Source of the DNA: Chrysomallon squamiferum
Taxonomy: Eukaryota > Animalia > Mollusca
Direction of reading: 5' to 3'
Length of the DNA stretch: 64,000 bases
Assembly: GCA_012295275.1 (NCBI GenBank)
Contig: CM022670.1
Coordinates: 31,000,001 to 31,064,000 of the forward strand
Below, in pieces: positions 1 through 38,843 of the stretch. Both the position numbers and the translations under genes were made by a program. The notes under the pieces were generated by a model. The model made no database searches. It was not told the origin of the DNA and worked only from the letters and a program-made list of their open reading frames with translations. The first letter of the stretch is position 1, and every line of letters begins with the position of its first letter.

Positions 1-677
1 ACAGAAATCAGTATAAACAGAACATTTAATTCTGGTTTCTCTGCACAGAACAAATCTTTCGCCTTTTACTAAAGATCACCGGGATAATTCAGTGAGTCGA
101 AACATATGTTCTTCAGACTCTTACGTTTGATCAAAATAGTTATGAAATTCTTTATTTATTTCGTCTTATAATGGTATTTCGCTTCTAAACTAAAATGAAA
201 AAATTAAAATACCAAATTAATTTCACGAATGAAAATGTATATAAAACACAACATTCGATAAATAACTGGCAATAATAATAATTACAATTAATACCGTATT
301 TTATTAAATATTACCATTTACACAGATACCGTGGAGTCATGAACTTAGATAATCATTCTCCCCTGATACGTTTATGAGACAATAACAGTGATCAAAGATC
401 TGAAAATTACATTATATTACATTATTCCATTAAGTAACAAACAAATTAGGTCCGAAGGCCGAAAATGAAATACTGAATCGCACCAAGTCTTAATAATCAA
501 ACGAGAGAAGTCGGTAAACATTAGGTGTTTGAAAGATGTAGACTGATGTATACTGCATTTTTCTTCATTCCAGAAAACAACGTAATATTCAATAATCTGC
601 GATAAAAACTTGTTCTAAAGCCTCATCATCATCATCGTCTTCCATTCTTGACCACAATCTCAAACAGAGATTAGATT

Positions 678-698
678 TGACTTTGCAACCTTGACCCC
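678..698. promoter_or_regulatory. Putative nuclear-receptor elements (HNF4-like, FTZ-F1/ERR-like) upstream of LLTP-A
   Basis: TGACTTTG (rc CAAAGTCA) at 678-685 and CAACCTTGACCC (rc GGGTCAAGGTTG) at 686-697, about 30-45 nt upstream of the TATA box. Motif resemblance only. Confidence 0.35.
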
Positions 699-722
699 TG
701 TCCACCTCCGATGCCTATCGCC

Positions 723-730
723 TATATAAA
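723..730 (+). promoter_or_regulatory. TATA box of LLTP-A
   Basis: TATATAAA about 55 nt upstream of the signal-peptide ATG at 782. Confidence 0.7.
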
Positions 731-781
731 TATTCTTAAAGATTTAAGTGAGGCACAAATAGCAAATTTTAGAGTGCTGTG

Positions 782-25886
<25,105 letters not shown>

Positions 25887-26022
25887 ATGCGTCACAGCTG
25901 GGTGTACGTCCTGGACCTTGAACAAGGTCACTTAATAACTTGTTATGTCATCATTAATTTCTATCTAATTTATTTATAATTAATAATGGTTTGAAATTTT
26001 AAAAGTAGTGCAATGATCGTGT

Positions 26023-26028
26023 AATAAA
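26023..26028 (+). terminator. Probable polyadenylation signal of LLTP-A
   Basis: AATAAA about 135 nt after the stop, followed by a T/GT-rich tract at 26043-26062. Confidence 0.55.
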
Positions 26029-27696
26029 AATTGATTAAAGCATTTTTGTTTTGTTTTGTTTTAAATGTTGCATAACTTTTCATAAATAGCATTTGGTAAC
26101 AACTAAATATATTTTGTAATTGGTGTAATTTGAAAATAAGTGGATCTGATGTTATATCTTTACAGCAGGAGTTTTCAGTTATCTCGCACTAAAGGTTACA
26201 CACATACAGACTGATGTATGTATGTATATGTGTCTGTAAATTCAGATATTGAACAAATAACTTAAGGATGAATAATGAATGAATAATAGAACAAAAACAG
26301 TATTTTCCACAATATTAACATAGAAACACATACGCAGACACACAGTGATATCAGAAGTTAAAACAATAATTATAATAGTGTGAAATTTAAAAAAAAAGAA
26401 AAAATTGCTATAATCATAGTGAATATTTAACATTTGTAGAAATGTGTACACAAAATATTTCTTTCTGCTGATCTGTGTATATGAAAAAGGAGGTGAATTT
26501 CTACAGGTGTCGTTAAAAACCGGTTAAATACACTAAAGAACTGACAAAATTTATTTTACAGTTAAAAAGAATCAGAAATAGAAAACAAAATTAATATGCA
26601 ACTCTGTATGCACAAATTCATATGATTATATTTATGTATATTAGAAAATGTATATAATTTTATTAAAGTGTATTCTACTCGGGAAAGACACCAGACAGAC
26701 GTATTTATTTAAATTTGTATAATTGCATATGTCGACTCGTCTCTGTTTCTGAATTATGTACTTGTGTATCTGTGGGGTTTTGGGGGGGTTTGGATGCCAT
26801 GTGTGAATGTGCTCGCAAATTAAAACAAAAGACAGGCACGTTATTTAGAAATCTGCGAAAGAGGAATAAACAAATAAAATTAAAAGCAGTCATAGACACA
26901 AATGAGCATATTTTCTAATTAATATAAATATTATGAAGTATTTTTTCAAAAACATAAACTAATTTTGTTTTCTTTATTTGTCTAATTTTGTGAGCATTGC
27001 CATGTAACTGTTTAATTGTTGTAGTTGAAGGCTAATGTCTGGTATGTTCAGCCGATTTGCTTTAAATAACTGTCATTAATTTTAGTTTGTGCAGGTATTT
27101 CTGTGCGTATGTGTGTGGTGTGGGCATTGGAAACATCTGACTGATACTCAGAGTAGCCATATGGTCTATGAAACATATATCCACTGAACTGCGTTGTTAT
27201 TTTTAAAAAAAAAATTCGTTTCTTGTTGTTGTTGTTGCTGCTGTTTTTTTTTGTTTTATTTCTCCTCTTATTCCGGAGTGCCCAGGTAATTCTACTGCAC
27301 ATGGAAACATGATATACTGAAATTTATTTATTTTTATTGTATATCAGAATCTGTATCTTGGAACACGATACAAGTGAGGTAACTTTCAGTGATGGTCAAT
27401 AGTATTGTTATTCAGAAACAATTTATTTTGTTTCTGAAATGACTCAGTACAGAGATTGTCTTGTGTATGTGATAATAACTTATCTGAATAACACTTAATG
27501 TTGAGAGTGCTTAGAGCAATAACTGGAACGAGAGGAGTTCGAACAATACACTTAGGACGATTACTTTTGCAGTTTATAACTGTGCTGATGGGAGACGGTG
27601 AACATTTTAATAAACTGAAGCTTTCTTTTCCTCTTTATAATTTATTTTGTAAATATTAAGAAACGTTTCATAGATATTTCGAAATGTTATGATTTA

Positions 27697-27727
<31 letters not shown>

Positions 27728-28557
27728 TTTTTTTTTCTTTCACGTAGACAATTTTCAAGGTTAAAGTGTTGACAGTAACTGGTGATAGACTGGACGGGTA
27801 GGGAAATATATTACATATTTTAGGATTTATGCATCAAGGTTATTGATCAAGACTTAATTTCAACCTGTAATGTGATATTCATTGATTCATTCGTTTATTT
27901 TAAATAAAAGTAATATATTTTTAATATGATTATGAAATTAGAATGACTCAAGAAGCTGTTAATACATACAATGTTTCTACTGAAACGTGTTTATAATTCA
28001 GATTTTTACCAGAGATAAAAAAACGTTAAATGAGGCAAATTACAAGCACTATACTAATCAATAACAGCGTGGTGTTAACAAGCGATGCTATACATTGTCA
28101 TATATTAGAAACATATAGCCATTACCTACGTATACTAATGAAGTACAGAGTACGATGACTTTATTAGTCAAAGTTTCCCATTCTTATTATTTTTAGAATA
28201 AATGTAATTGTAATATGTAGTAAAGTCCACTGATTGTGATAATGCTGACCTCACGTGGACATTTTCTTTATCTTCTGTTCATCTGTGCAACCGAGTTTGT
28301 ACATAGCCCACAAAACTTTGTACCAAAATATTTTTATCATCGGCATATTTCACACCTTAATCAAAACAGATCACCGGCTGACAAAATCTGATTTAAAATT
28401 TCAGATATAAGTTATCTTCCATCTACGCAGAAAACACTATGATCTGGATATGAAATAAATAACAATTTTGAAAACAAAATAACATTTATATTGAATAATC
28501 ATTTAAATTCAGGTTATACGGGATACACTTTGAAAAAACCCAAACAATTTATGATAA

Positions 28558-28710
<153 letters not shown>

Positions 28711-29405
28711 GCACTCTCTCGCCTTCAGACACTCTCAGTATTTCTGTTTTTATTTATCTTTGTCACTACCTCTTTATATTTGAACATTCTTTGATTCTCT
28801 TCTGCCTTTCTCTTTCTCTCTCTGCCTCACACTCACTGGACAAACTTACTTACATAAGCACATGGGAATATTCTCATTATTTGCATAATGAAAGCAACAT
28901 CTCAAAAACGACAAAAATAATAATAAAAAAAATAATAATAATAATAACAACAACAACAGCAAAAATAATAAGAAGAACGAAGTAGAAAAGAATTTCTTTT
29001 ATTGAAATTATGCACCATACACTACACACACACACATATATATACATTATAACCAGTCTTAATTAATTATAAAGTGGAAACATCATTTCAATAACCATAG
29101 GTATGTCAACAAAAGATACGTGTTATCTAAAAGTTCGTAAGCAATTAAAAAAGTAAAGAGGGACAGAAGTGGGTTGTTAACAAGGTCCTTCAGATATTTT
29201 CGTATTTTGTAACTAATCGTGCAGAGTAAATATTTTATAAAGATGAAATTCAGTGAAACATAATTTGCAGTTTGTATATTTGTAATAGCAAAAATGAATG
29301 AATTCATGTTTTTTTTTTTTTTATGTCGTATTGGTAGATAAAAACAGAACAAAAAAGAGAAAAGGAGACAGAGACGGAGAGAGAACAAGAAAGAGGGATG
29401 AAGAT

Positions 29406-29452
<47 letters not shown>

Positions 29453-29745
29453 GGACTGGAGTGTGAAGTGGGGAATATTAATACTCTCACAGCCATCCAG
29501 TCATCCATCCATGAATAAACATGCATACGAATAACAGATAAATACAGATATACAGCATACATGCATACACACACACACACACACACACACACAGTCACTC
29601 ACCCGAACACATACAATAAGACATTTGAAATATATAATTAAGTGAACATTATTATTACTATTTATTAATAACTAACATATCGATGCACTTTAACCAACAC
29701 AGTCACGTTCACTACGCTAATTATAAAACTATGTAGATAACGGCG

Positions 29746-29871
29746 CGGTCAAAGTGCGGCTATAAAAGTTTCATGCTATCTGATTATTAATTGCACACGT
29801 GTATCTGTCAGATAGACCAAAAGTCCGATGATAAACATTTCATTTCGGTTAGACTGGCTGGACTTTAGACT
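29746..29871. promoter_or_regulatory. Cluster of HNF4-like DR1 and GATA motifs upstream of LLTP-B
   Basis: CGGTCAAAGTGCG 29746-29758, AGACCAAAAGTCCG 29814-29827, TGATAA 29829-29834 and TGGACTTTAGACT (rc AGTCTAAAGTCCA) 29859-29871. Confidence 0.4.
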
Positions 29872-29892
29872 CAGTGCGTAGTGCTAAGTTGC

Positions 29893-29899
29893 TATAAAA
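29893..29899 (+). promoter_or_regulatory. TATA box of LLTP-B
   Basis: GCTATAAAAG about 125 nt upstream of ATG 30020. A second TATAAAA lies at 29761. Confidence 0.6.
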
Positions 29900-30019
29900 G
29901 AGAAACAGCCAGCTCAAGTCTTCAGAACGGCAAGACAGTGGTGTCACTTATCTGCTTTTGTGAAACTGAATAACCATCTAGAGAAAACAATACTGAGGAC
30001 GCTTACGTTGAAGACAATA

Positions 30020-30299
30020 ATGCAGCTGTGGCTGTTGGTGGTCTTTGTGGCTGGGGCTCTAGCCGGTAAGTTAGTTATTTATTTGTAGTTTTGTTTACTT
30101 TTGTTTATTAATTATTTTTCTGTTTAGTGTTTTGTTGTTTGTTTTGTTTTGTTTTATTTATTTATATGTCTGTTTTGTAATTTTTTTGTTTTTATGTTTA
30201 TTTATTTATTTAATTGTTTATTATTTAATTAATTAATTATTTATTTATTTAATTTAATTTAATTTGTTTCGTTTGCTTAATATTGTTTTATTTATTGGT

Positions 30300-30330
<31 letters not shown>

Positions 30331-31251
30331 ATTACATAGAATCTTTAGTTATCCATTAAAACTGAAAATAAAGGAAACGTTCGTAATGAAAGAAAAAATG
30401 TATTCCATTTTACTAAGTTAAAACTAAAACGATCGTTCTCTGTTTTTGTGTTTACTTGGTATAAACTATTTATAATTAATATAAGATATCAACATTTTTA
30501 ATCTGTCTCATAACTATCAAACATGCAAACATTACACAAATAATTAGGTATTTCCTTGAAATTTAATATGAATATTCATATATGTATATGTATATATATT
30601 ATTTAAATTGTACAGGCCCTATCAACATTCGCGAAATTTCTGATGACACAACATGCGCAAGAACCTGTGTTGGTAAGTAAATTATAAATAAGTTACAGCT
30701 GTACACGAAATTATTGTTACATACATAGATACATGCATAAATCCATACATACATATACATATATACATATATACAAAACACACGTGTATATTTTTCTGTT
30801 TTACAGGTTCTAACAAATTTCGATACTCCCCGGGTATGACATACGAGTTTGACTATAACGTAGTTTCCGAGACAACCATGGAAGGAGCTGATGCTGATCG
30901 CGTTTCTGTTGACGTCAGAGCTGTGGCAGACATTGAAGTCCTGTCACAATGTGACTTCGCGCTCAAGGTTAGCATTAAAAACTCTGAAATGTTACGAAGG
31001 CTATTTATTTTATTCAGAAAAAAAGGCATCAACGGATTTTTAATGTGCAATTAACTTTCTATCAATATGAGCGCCTATTTATTGTGGTAGAAATGTGAAC
31101 AAAAATAGCGCTATGTCTGAGTTTTCTGCGGTTAAATGTATTTGACTGAAATTAGAAATATTAAAAAGGTTAAAAATAAAAGACATACCACATTTTAAAT
31201 TAAACAATCTTAATGCAATGAAAAAAAATATATTTACTATACACGTTATAA

Positions 31252-31303
<52 letters not shown>

Positions 31304-32097
31304 TAAATTAAATGAAAAAAAAATCCAAAACCACTTGCATTTAGTAAACATGAACTAAACATGGAAGTTTCATTCTCACTTTGAAATCAGCTGCGAGACG
31401 TCAGTGTCTATGATACATCATCATCAGACATGCGCAACATGGACCAGAACGGAGCATTCCGAGCAGCTCTCGAGAAAAACACTCTCCGCTTCTCCTACCA
31501 AGACGGTGTCATCGAGGATCTGTGCCCAGCAGACGGCGAAGTCACGTGGGCTCTGAACTTCAAGCGAGGAGTTTTGTCATCCATTCAGAACTCTATGGAC
31601 AATCTGGAGAAGAACCAAGTTACTCACGAGGCGAGTTATTTTAGCACATTTAGTACCATTTTAATTGTAGTTCCATATAACATTTATTTAAATTCGATAC
31701 GACAACAGTTTCATAAACTGGCCTTGTCCTAGGTACAGTAAGACCTTTTGATTTAAATTTCAAATTTATCCAGATAAATACATTAATAGGATTATACACT
31801 AATTTTGCATTCTATCTACAGTAAGAATTGCAGCAAACATTAGTACTGATGTTCTCTTTCCTCTGCTGTTAATATACTACTTACTCACGTGAGCTGTTTA
31901 TTGCATTTATACAGGCTGACGTCACAGGCAAATGTAACACAGATTACAAAGTGGTAAACCGGGGATGGTACACTACAACCATTAAAAAATCAAAGGATCT
32001 CATTGGTTGCACAGATCGCCATGGATACAGAAGTGCTCTACAAGCTACACCGTATAGAGTTCCATCTGTAAGTTCTATTTATTTTGCTGTTTCAAAA

Positions 32098-32135
<38 letters not shown>

Positions 32136-32749
32136 CTTCTTATTATGACAACATTTAAAAAATAACAATGTTTTCATTGATTTACTGTTTCAAAAATCAG
32201 TTGTTCTTTCTATTAAAGCAATAATAATAATTTAAAAAATGTGTATACGAAGTGACATCAAAACATAACGGAGAAATCAGTCTATACGCATTCAAAAGTT
32301 TGCTATATTTTTATTAAAATTTATTATGACTATATCAATTACCAAATCAATAACTGTAATTAGACCATATCTATTTAAATCTGAAGATATACTTTTAAAT
32401 ATAAATAACAAATTATTTTCTTTCCACAGAAAATACAGTCACTACCTCTGCTAAAAAGCACACATGTCTGTGAACAAGAGCTGGGTAAAAATGGACGTCT
32501 ACAGAAAACGATCTGCCAGGAATCACATATGTTCCGACCATTTTCGAGAGTAAACAGCGGCGCTGTAACCAAGGTTACCCAGAAACTTAATTTCAAACAG
32601 GAAAGACGTGGTGTATTCACCAATCAAGGTAAAGTTAATATTAATAAATATTTTCGTTTTGTAAGTCTGAAAGTCAAAAGTGTGTTTTTAGTTAACTGCA
32701 AGATTTTACAGATTAAAAAATAGCAAAGCGATTTATTTATCGTCCAGGA

Positions 32750-32791
<42 letters not shown>

Positions 32792-35700
32792 CGCCGCTTA
32801 TATTTTAAAATAAATATCTAGAGATGACTATATTGTTTTGTTCATGGTTATTGCTGTTATTACGATGGATGAGTTTTGAAATCGAGGTTCACTTACAAAT
32901 AATGTGAAATGACAAATATTAATAAAATATAACGCCTTATACAAATAAATTAATATAAAGTTATTTTATTTATTCAAATGCATCAGGTCATTTCTTTAAT
33001 TTTATTGTAAATAAAGGTGTCATTGGGAGACGGGTAACCATTCATTTCGAACATGCCTATGGTCAACCATCTCTCGATAAAACAAAACAGGACGCTATCT
33101 CCAAGCTGGAAGAGATCTGTGCAGCTTCTAAAGAGGACATCAGACCAGAGGTTCCAGAAATGTTTAGCCAACTCGTGTACATCATGAAGAACTTGGACAT
33201 TACATCCATGAGAGATATCTACTCTCGTCTGACACGGAAATCTCTCTGCAGAGACAACAACGTTAAAACCAGGTACGAGATTCTTATGTTTAATAATGTG
33301 TAATACAACAATGCAAAAATAAGTAAATAAATAAATAAAACACAAAGACAGATAGATTTTCAAATTGTTGTTAGCTTCAGACTGAATTGAGCTTAATAAA
33401 ATCAGATAATTATAAAGAATTGTTTTGTTTCAAGTTTAATAGTGTGAAGGGTGTGAGGTTTAGACTTTCGCAGCGTAATATTTATGTAATCTGATCCCAA
33501 ACAAATTTTTTTTAAAATTAATATGCATATCTTTAAGCCATTTTAATATAGAAAAGCTTAGTCTACACTCCTCATATTACCATTTATAAGAATTTTCCTA
33601 TAGCTAATCCATCTTATATATCTAATTATTATTTTTAATTAGGAAATTTTTCTTCGATGCTCTTCCAATGATCGGTACTGACGCCTCAGTGAGGATGATG
33701 AAGGAACTCCTGTTTAACAAAGACGTTACTGACTATGAAGCAAAAATGTGGATCACTTCACTTGCCTTCATCCAGAACCCAACAGCAGAAATGCTTCAGG
33801 AAGCCAAGGTAACACGATTGTTATTACATTTATGAAATAAACACTACAACTGAGAGGTTATAAAAAAATAATACTAATAACAAGAAGAAGAAGAAGAAGA
33901 TAATAATAATAGTAGTGATTGTGATGATCATGATGCATTTTACATTTATGATAAACGTACGATATGCACTGAAAGCATTAAAGTTTACTATAATGGAATT
34001 CGGTAGGATTTTTCTCTTGCACTAAAATACTCATTTTGATTCAAAACTACTTTGTTTTATTTTGTTAGCAAGGTAAGCTTTATTTTCTTCAAAGCCAAAT
34101 AATGTTCACGGTTTGAAAATATTTTCTAATTTGAAGATATGTTTACAACGATATATAATTGTAATGTTTAAATGCAGACTCTGTTAGAATCCGACATGAC
34201 TAGTGATGAAGCATTGCTCCCAGTCTCCACAATGGTAAACAACTACTGCAGTCAGAAAACATCTTGCCAGTATGAGTCAGCAGTCAGCGCAATCATTGCA
34301 ACTCTAGAACGAAACATTGGTACAGGATGCTTTGTATCAGAAAACAAACTGGATAAAGTTTTGAGAACTTTGCGTGCTCTAGGCAACGCCGGCCACATTG
34401 ACATCGTGTCTGGCATCCTGAGTACATGCTTCCTTCGAAGTGGAAATCAAGATGAAGTACGCGTAGCCGCTGTTGATGCTTACCGCAGATTACCATGCTC
34501 TGTGGATGTAAGTGTAAAATTATTGTGAATATAAAAAAAATTGTCATAATTGTCGCAGTAAATAATATAAATTAGTACAAATTTGATTGTGAATGTCAGA
34601 AATATTTTTAATGAATAATTGAGATTGCAGTGTTTTATATTCCTAAATTATATAATTATATTATTGTCACAGAGATCAGATCTGCTTAATCTCTATGAAG
34701 ACAAAACCCAAGACTCTGAATTGAGAGTTGCCGCATACATCGCAGTCATGCAGTGTCCAAGTGATTCAGTCCTGAGAACAATCAAGAGAACATTGGAAGT
34801 CGAGAAAGCAAACCAAGTTGGATCTTTCGTCTGGTCACATCTCACAAATCTGATGGAATCCTCCAACCCACACAAGCAAGGCATCAGAAATATCTTGGAA
34901 AATGACGACCTCAAGAAAGAATTCGACCTTGAAAAGATCAAATATTCAAGAAATTACGAAGGATCTTTCTTCATCGAGAAATTCAACACTGGTGCCATGG
35001 TGGAAAGCAACCTCATCTGGTCTGGCAAGTCTTTCATTCCACGATCTGCAATGGTTAACCTAACAGTCGATCTTTTCGGAAATTCCATGAATCTTTTTGA
35101 GATGGGAGGACGTGTTGAAGGACTTGAATATCTTCTGGAAACCTACCTTGGGCCATATGGCTACTTTGGCGACAAGAAAGCGGGCGCTAAGGTATGATCT
35201 TATTACAATTTGAAACAGCTATGTAAAATAGCTAGTTAGTTATCTACATATAAATAAATATATGTAATTTATTAAAGAACGATCCATAGAAAAAAAAAAA
35301 GAGATAAAAATACATAGAGAAGCCCAGCAGCAACAACTATCATTAAGTTATGACATATTTCTTTGAGTGTAATTTAATAGCCATTGATAGTATAATGTCA
35401 TTAACTATTTAATTTATTCTGCTTAATGTGATTTAATATAGCTCGTAAAACAGTGTCTTTATTATTATTATTATTCTTATTTAGCTTTTTTGTTGTTGTT
35501 GTTTTATTAAAGAAGTAGGCGTTAGCAAAATAAAATTTAACCAATGGAACAAACATTTTTTTCTTTATTTTTCAGAACAATGCCGGTTTGGACCAAATCC
35601 GCGCCTCCATGTATATGAGAATGTTTGGTAACGAAATGGCTTTCATGCACACAAAGGGAGTAGGTTCACTCCATTCATTGAAAAACTTCCGCTTTATGGA

Positions 35701-36910
35701 CCTGCTTAACAAAGCCTCTTCCTCCTATGACCACCACTTCACGCAAAGCATCATGTTCCTGGACAGCAGCGTCATCGTCCCCACAGTATCAGGTCTTCCC
35801 CTGAATCTAACAGTAAATGGAACGGCCACTATTGATCTAAAAGCCGTCGGAACAGTTAACTTGAAGAAGATAACTGCAAGTCCAAGTAGCATTCTTATTG
35901 ATGGTGAATTTAAACCAAGGTAAGTTTATATATTTGTTTCATACAATTAAATATTTGTTTTATCTGATTAACAGTAATATCAAAATTAAAATCAGTAGCA
36001 ACAACTGTAGTCTTTCTCAGTATGTCTATTATTTCCATACCTGTCTTTTGTAATGTCGGCATTATTATTAGTAGTAATAGTTGTAGTAGTACTAGTAGTC
36101 ATGATGATGATGGTTACATTTGTAGTAGAAATGTTTTATATATTGTCAACGATACATAATTTTTTAATATTGAATTTATTTATCCTGCATTTTCTTTTTA
36201 CATAGCGGTTCTGTTCAGATGACAGGAATTATGAGTGTGGACGCATTCGTAACTAAGATTGGAATGAAAGTTGTAAACACCTGGCATTCCAGCACAGCAG
36301 TTCGTGGCAGAATCGAACTCAACCGAGGCAAAGTGCTCAGCGTGGAACTTGAAATGCCTCAGGAGAAAATGGAAATACTTGATGTTAGGTAAGTTAATAT
36401 TTTAAATTTAGGGGAAAAACAAATTTATAATATAAAGAAATAAAGAAAAAGGTAAAAATTGAAAATCGCACCATTACCCTACACGCAATCACAGAAACAG
36501 CAATAGCAACAACAACAACAACGCAGTACCAATAAAAAGGAGTAGATTTATAATTCATTTGATCGTATTTGTATATTTTCTTACTGTGTTCACTGTCTTG
36601 TGTTATTTTAGAACTGCCTTCTTCTCACTGAACGGCGACTCTGTCCGTAAACAGAAGATGCTGGAGACTGAAAGAAAGACGATTAAACTGTGCTCTGGTT
36701 CAAGACTTGCCACTGTCACTGGTCTGGAAATCTGCTCTGAGTTCAACTATGTGAACGCCTCCATGAGAGACAATGCCCCATACTTTCCATTCACTGGACC
36801 ATTCAGTATGGAAATTGCCCTCTTCAAACGAGACACCCACAGAACTTACAAGTTACTCGCTAAGAGAACTGAGGTAATAATTTTATTATTAAATTATTAG
36901 TTGTTCACTA

Positions 36911-36942
<32 letters not shown>

Positions 36943-37129
36943 AACACACGTATACATGAATATATACATACATACATACATACATATTCACACACATACA
37001 AATATTAGGTCTATTTAGAATTAAGCTAATAAAAAAGGCAGTATTTAATTATAAACTTCAAACTTTAACTTTATTTAATTTTTTCTTTGATTGTCTCTTC
37101 CCTTTCATTCGTATTTCTTCTTCTTCTTC

Positions 37130-37165
<36 letters not shown>

Positions 37166-38801
37166 CGTTTTAATCCAATCCAAATAATATTTTCATTCTA
37201 ATAAACTGTTTTCGTTTGACAGACATCTCAATCCAGCATTGCCCAGCTTGCACTGAACACACCTGGCTCAAAAGTCGACCGAAATTTGGCTTTGGACTTT
37301 GAATTGAATTTCAAGAGGAAACATTTTGAAATCAGTCTCACCTCTCCCTGGAAGAAGGTATCAGCTAGAGGTAAGTTTTCACATGATATATTCTACACAT
37401 TGTCTTAGAATTAATAAAAAAAAAAAAATGACAATTGTAATAATTTGTATCTTTTTAATAGTAAAATGAAAGTAACCTTATTTATAAAAACTAAACAAAT
37501 AGTAAAAATAAAATAATATTAATAAAAAGTAAAATAACATAAATTCGATGAATGAATGAATGAATGAAAAAAATAAAATACATTAAAGAAATTAATTTTC
37601 TGTCAAATAAAATGAATTGAAACGGAATGTGAAAAGCCGTTATAAATATGTAAATTTTATCAAAGAAGTTTCTCGCATTTTGTAGGAGATGCTACGATCA
37701 ACAAAAACCATTGGGCTCTGAGTGGTGGCATCGTTCTTGATGGACATCGAGAATATTCCGTGGACAGTGAAATGAAGATTAACAAACAGAAAGACAAAGT
37801 GATGTACAAACCTCGTCTCACCATCGTCCGATCGGGAACAGACAATATTATTCTCTCGGGAATACTTGTAACAGAGAAAAACAAAATAGCCGATTTGGAG
37901 ATGTCTTTGTCTGGTATTCGAAAACATCCGGTAATTGTGAAAGGTAGGAATGTGGTCATTATAGCTTACATTTACCGCATGTTTTAATAATTAAAGGTAA
38001 AGAAAATAAAGTTGTACTTATTTAAAACTTATAAAGATTACGAAAATATTTAATTTAAAGCCTGTTTTCATAATAGACATGTTTAACAGACACACTCATT
38101 CATAAACACATACAGTCTGTACAAACAAAAACACATACGTATTTATGTACAGATATATATATATAAATACACACGCACACACACACATACATCTCTTTCA
38201 CTTTTGTTTAATTATGTTTCTCGCAGCCACTGCTACCAGCTCTAAGTATGACAAGACCATTAAGACCTCCATGAGCTTTGATCCAAAGAAGTATTACACT
38301 ATGGCTGCAGGATTAATTCACGAAACCAATAGCAAGCGTGCTTCGTTCAAATTCGTTCCAACTCTGAAGATCGAATCACCAACATCAGAATTAATCGCTC
38401 TGGTTGTGTCTGCAGACTACAGAGAAGGAAAATCATTTAAAGGAGATATTTCTGTCAGCTCTGACGAGCTTCTATCCAAACCTGTGAGAATTTCATGTGA
38501 GTTGGTGCCTTTTGTTCTACACACATGAACACATTCTTATCTTGATTTTTTAACTGATGTATTTACCAGATATTTGTTGTTTTTAAAATCAAAATTACTG
38601 ACTAATTATTTGTTTCACATCTTGAAATATATTATTTAAAACACAAAAGACACACAAAAAAACATTAAAGGATACTGTGTGTTAAGTTTTGATATTATTT
38701 ATTTATTTATTATTATTATTATTTTTTTAAATGTTAACAATACCTGTTTAAATTTGTTTTACTACATCTTAAAATCGTCATTATACCTCGTTATGTGTAT
38801 G

Positions 38802-38843
<42 letters not shown>

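Noticed and set aside
27341-27610. Coding-looking intergenic stretch with splice-like sites, considered as a possible relic of VWD exons
   Set aside because: All forward frames have stops, and no VWD or other family motif is recognisable. A tblastx search would be needed to revive it.
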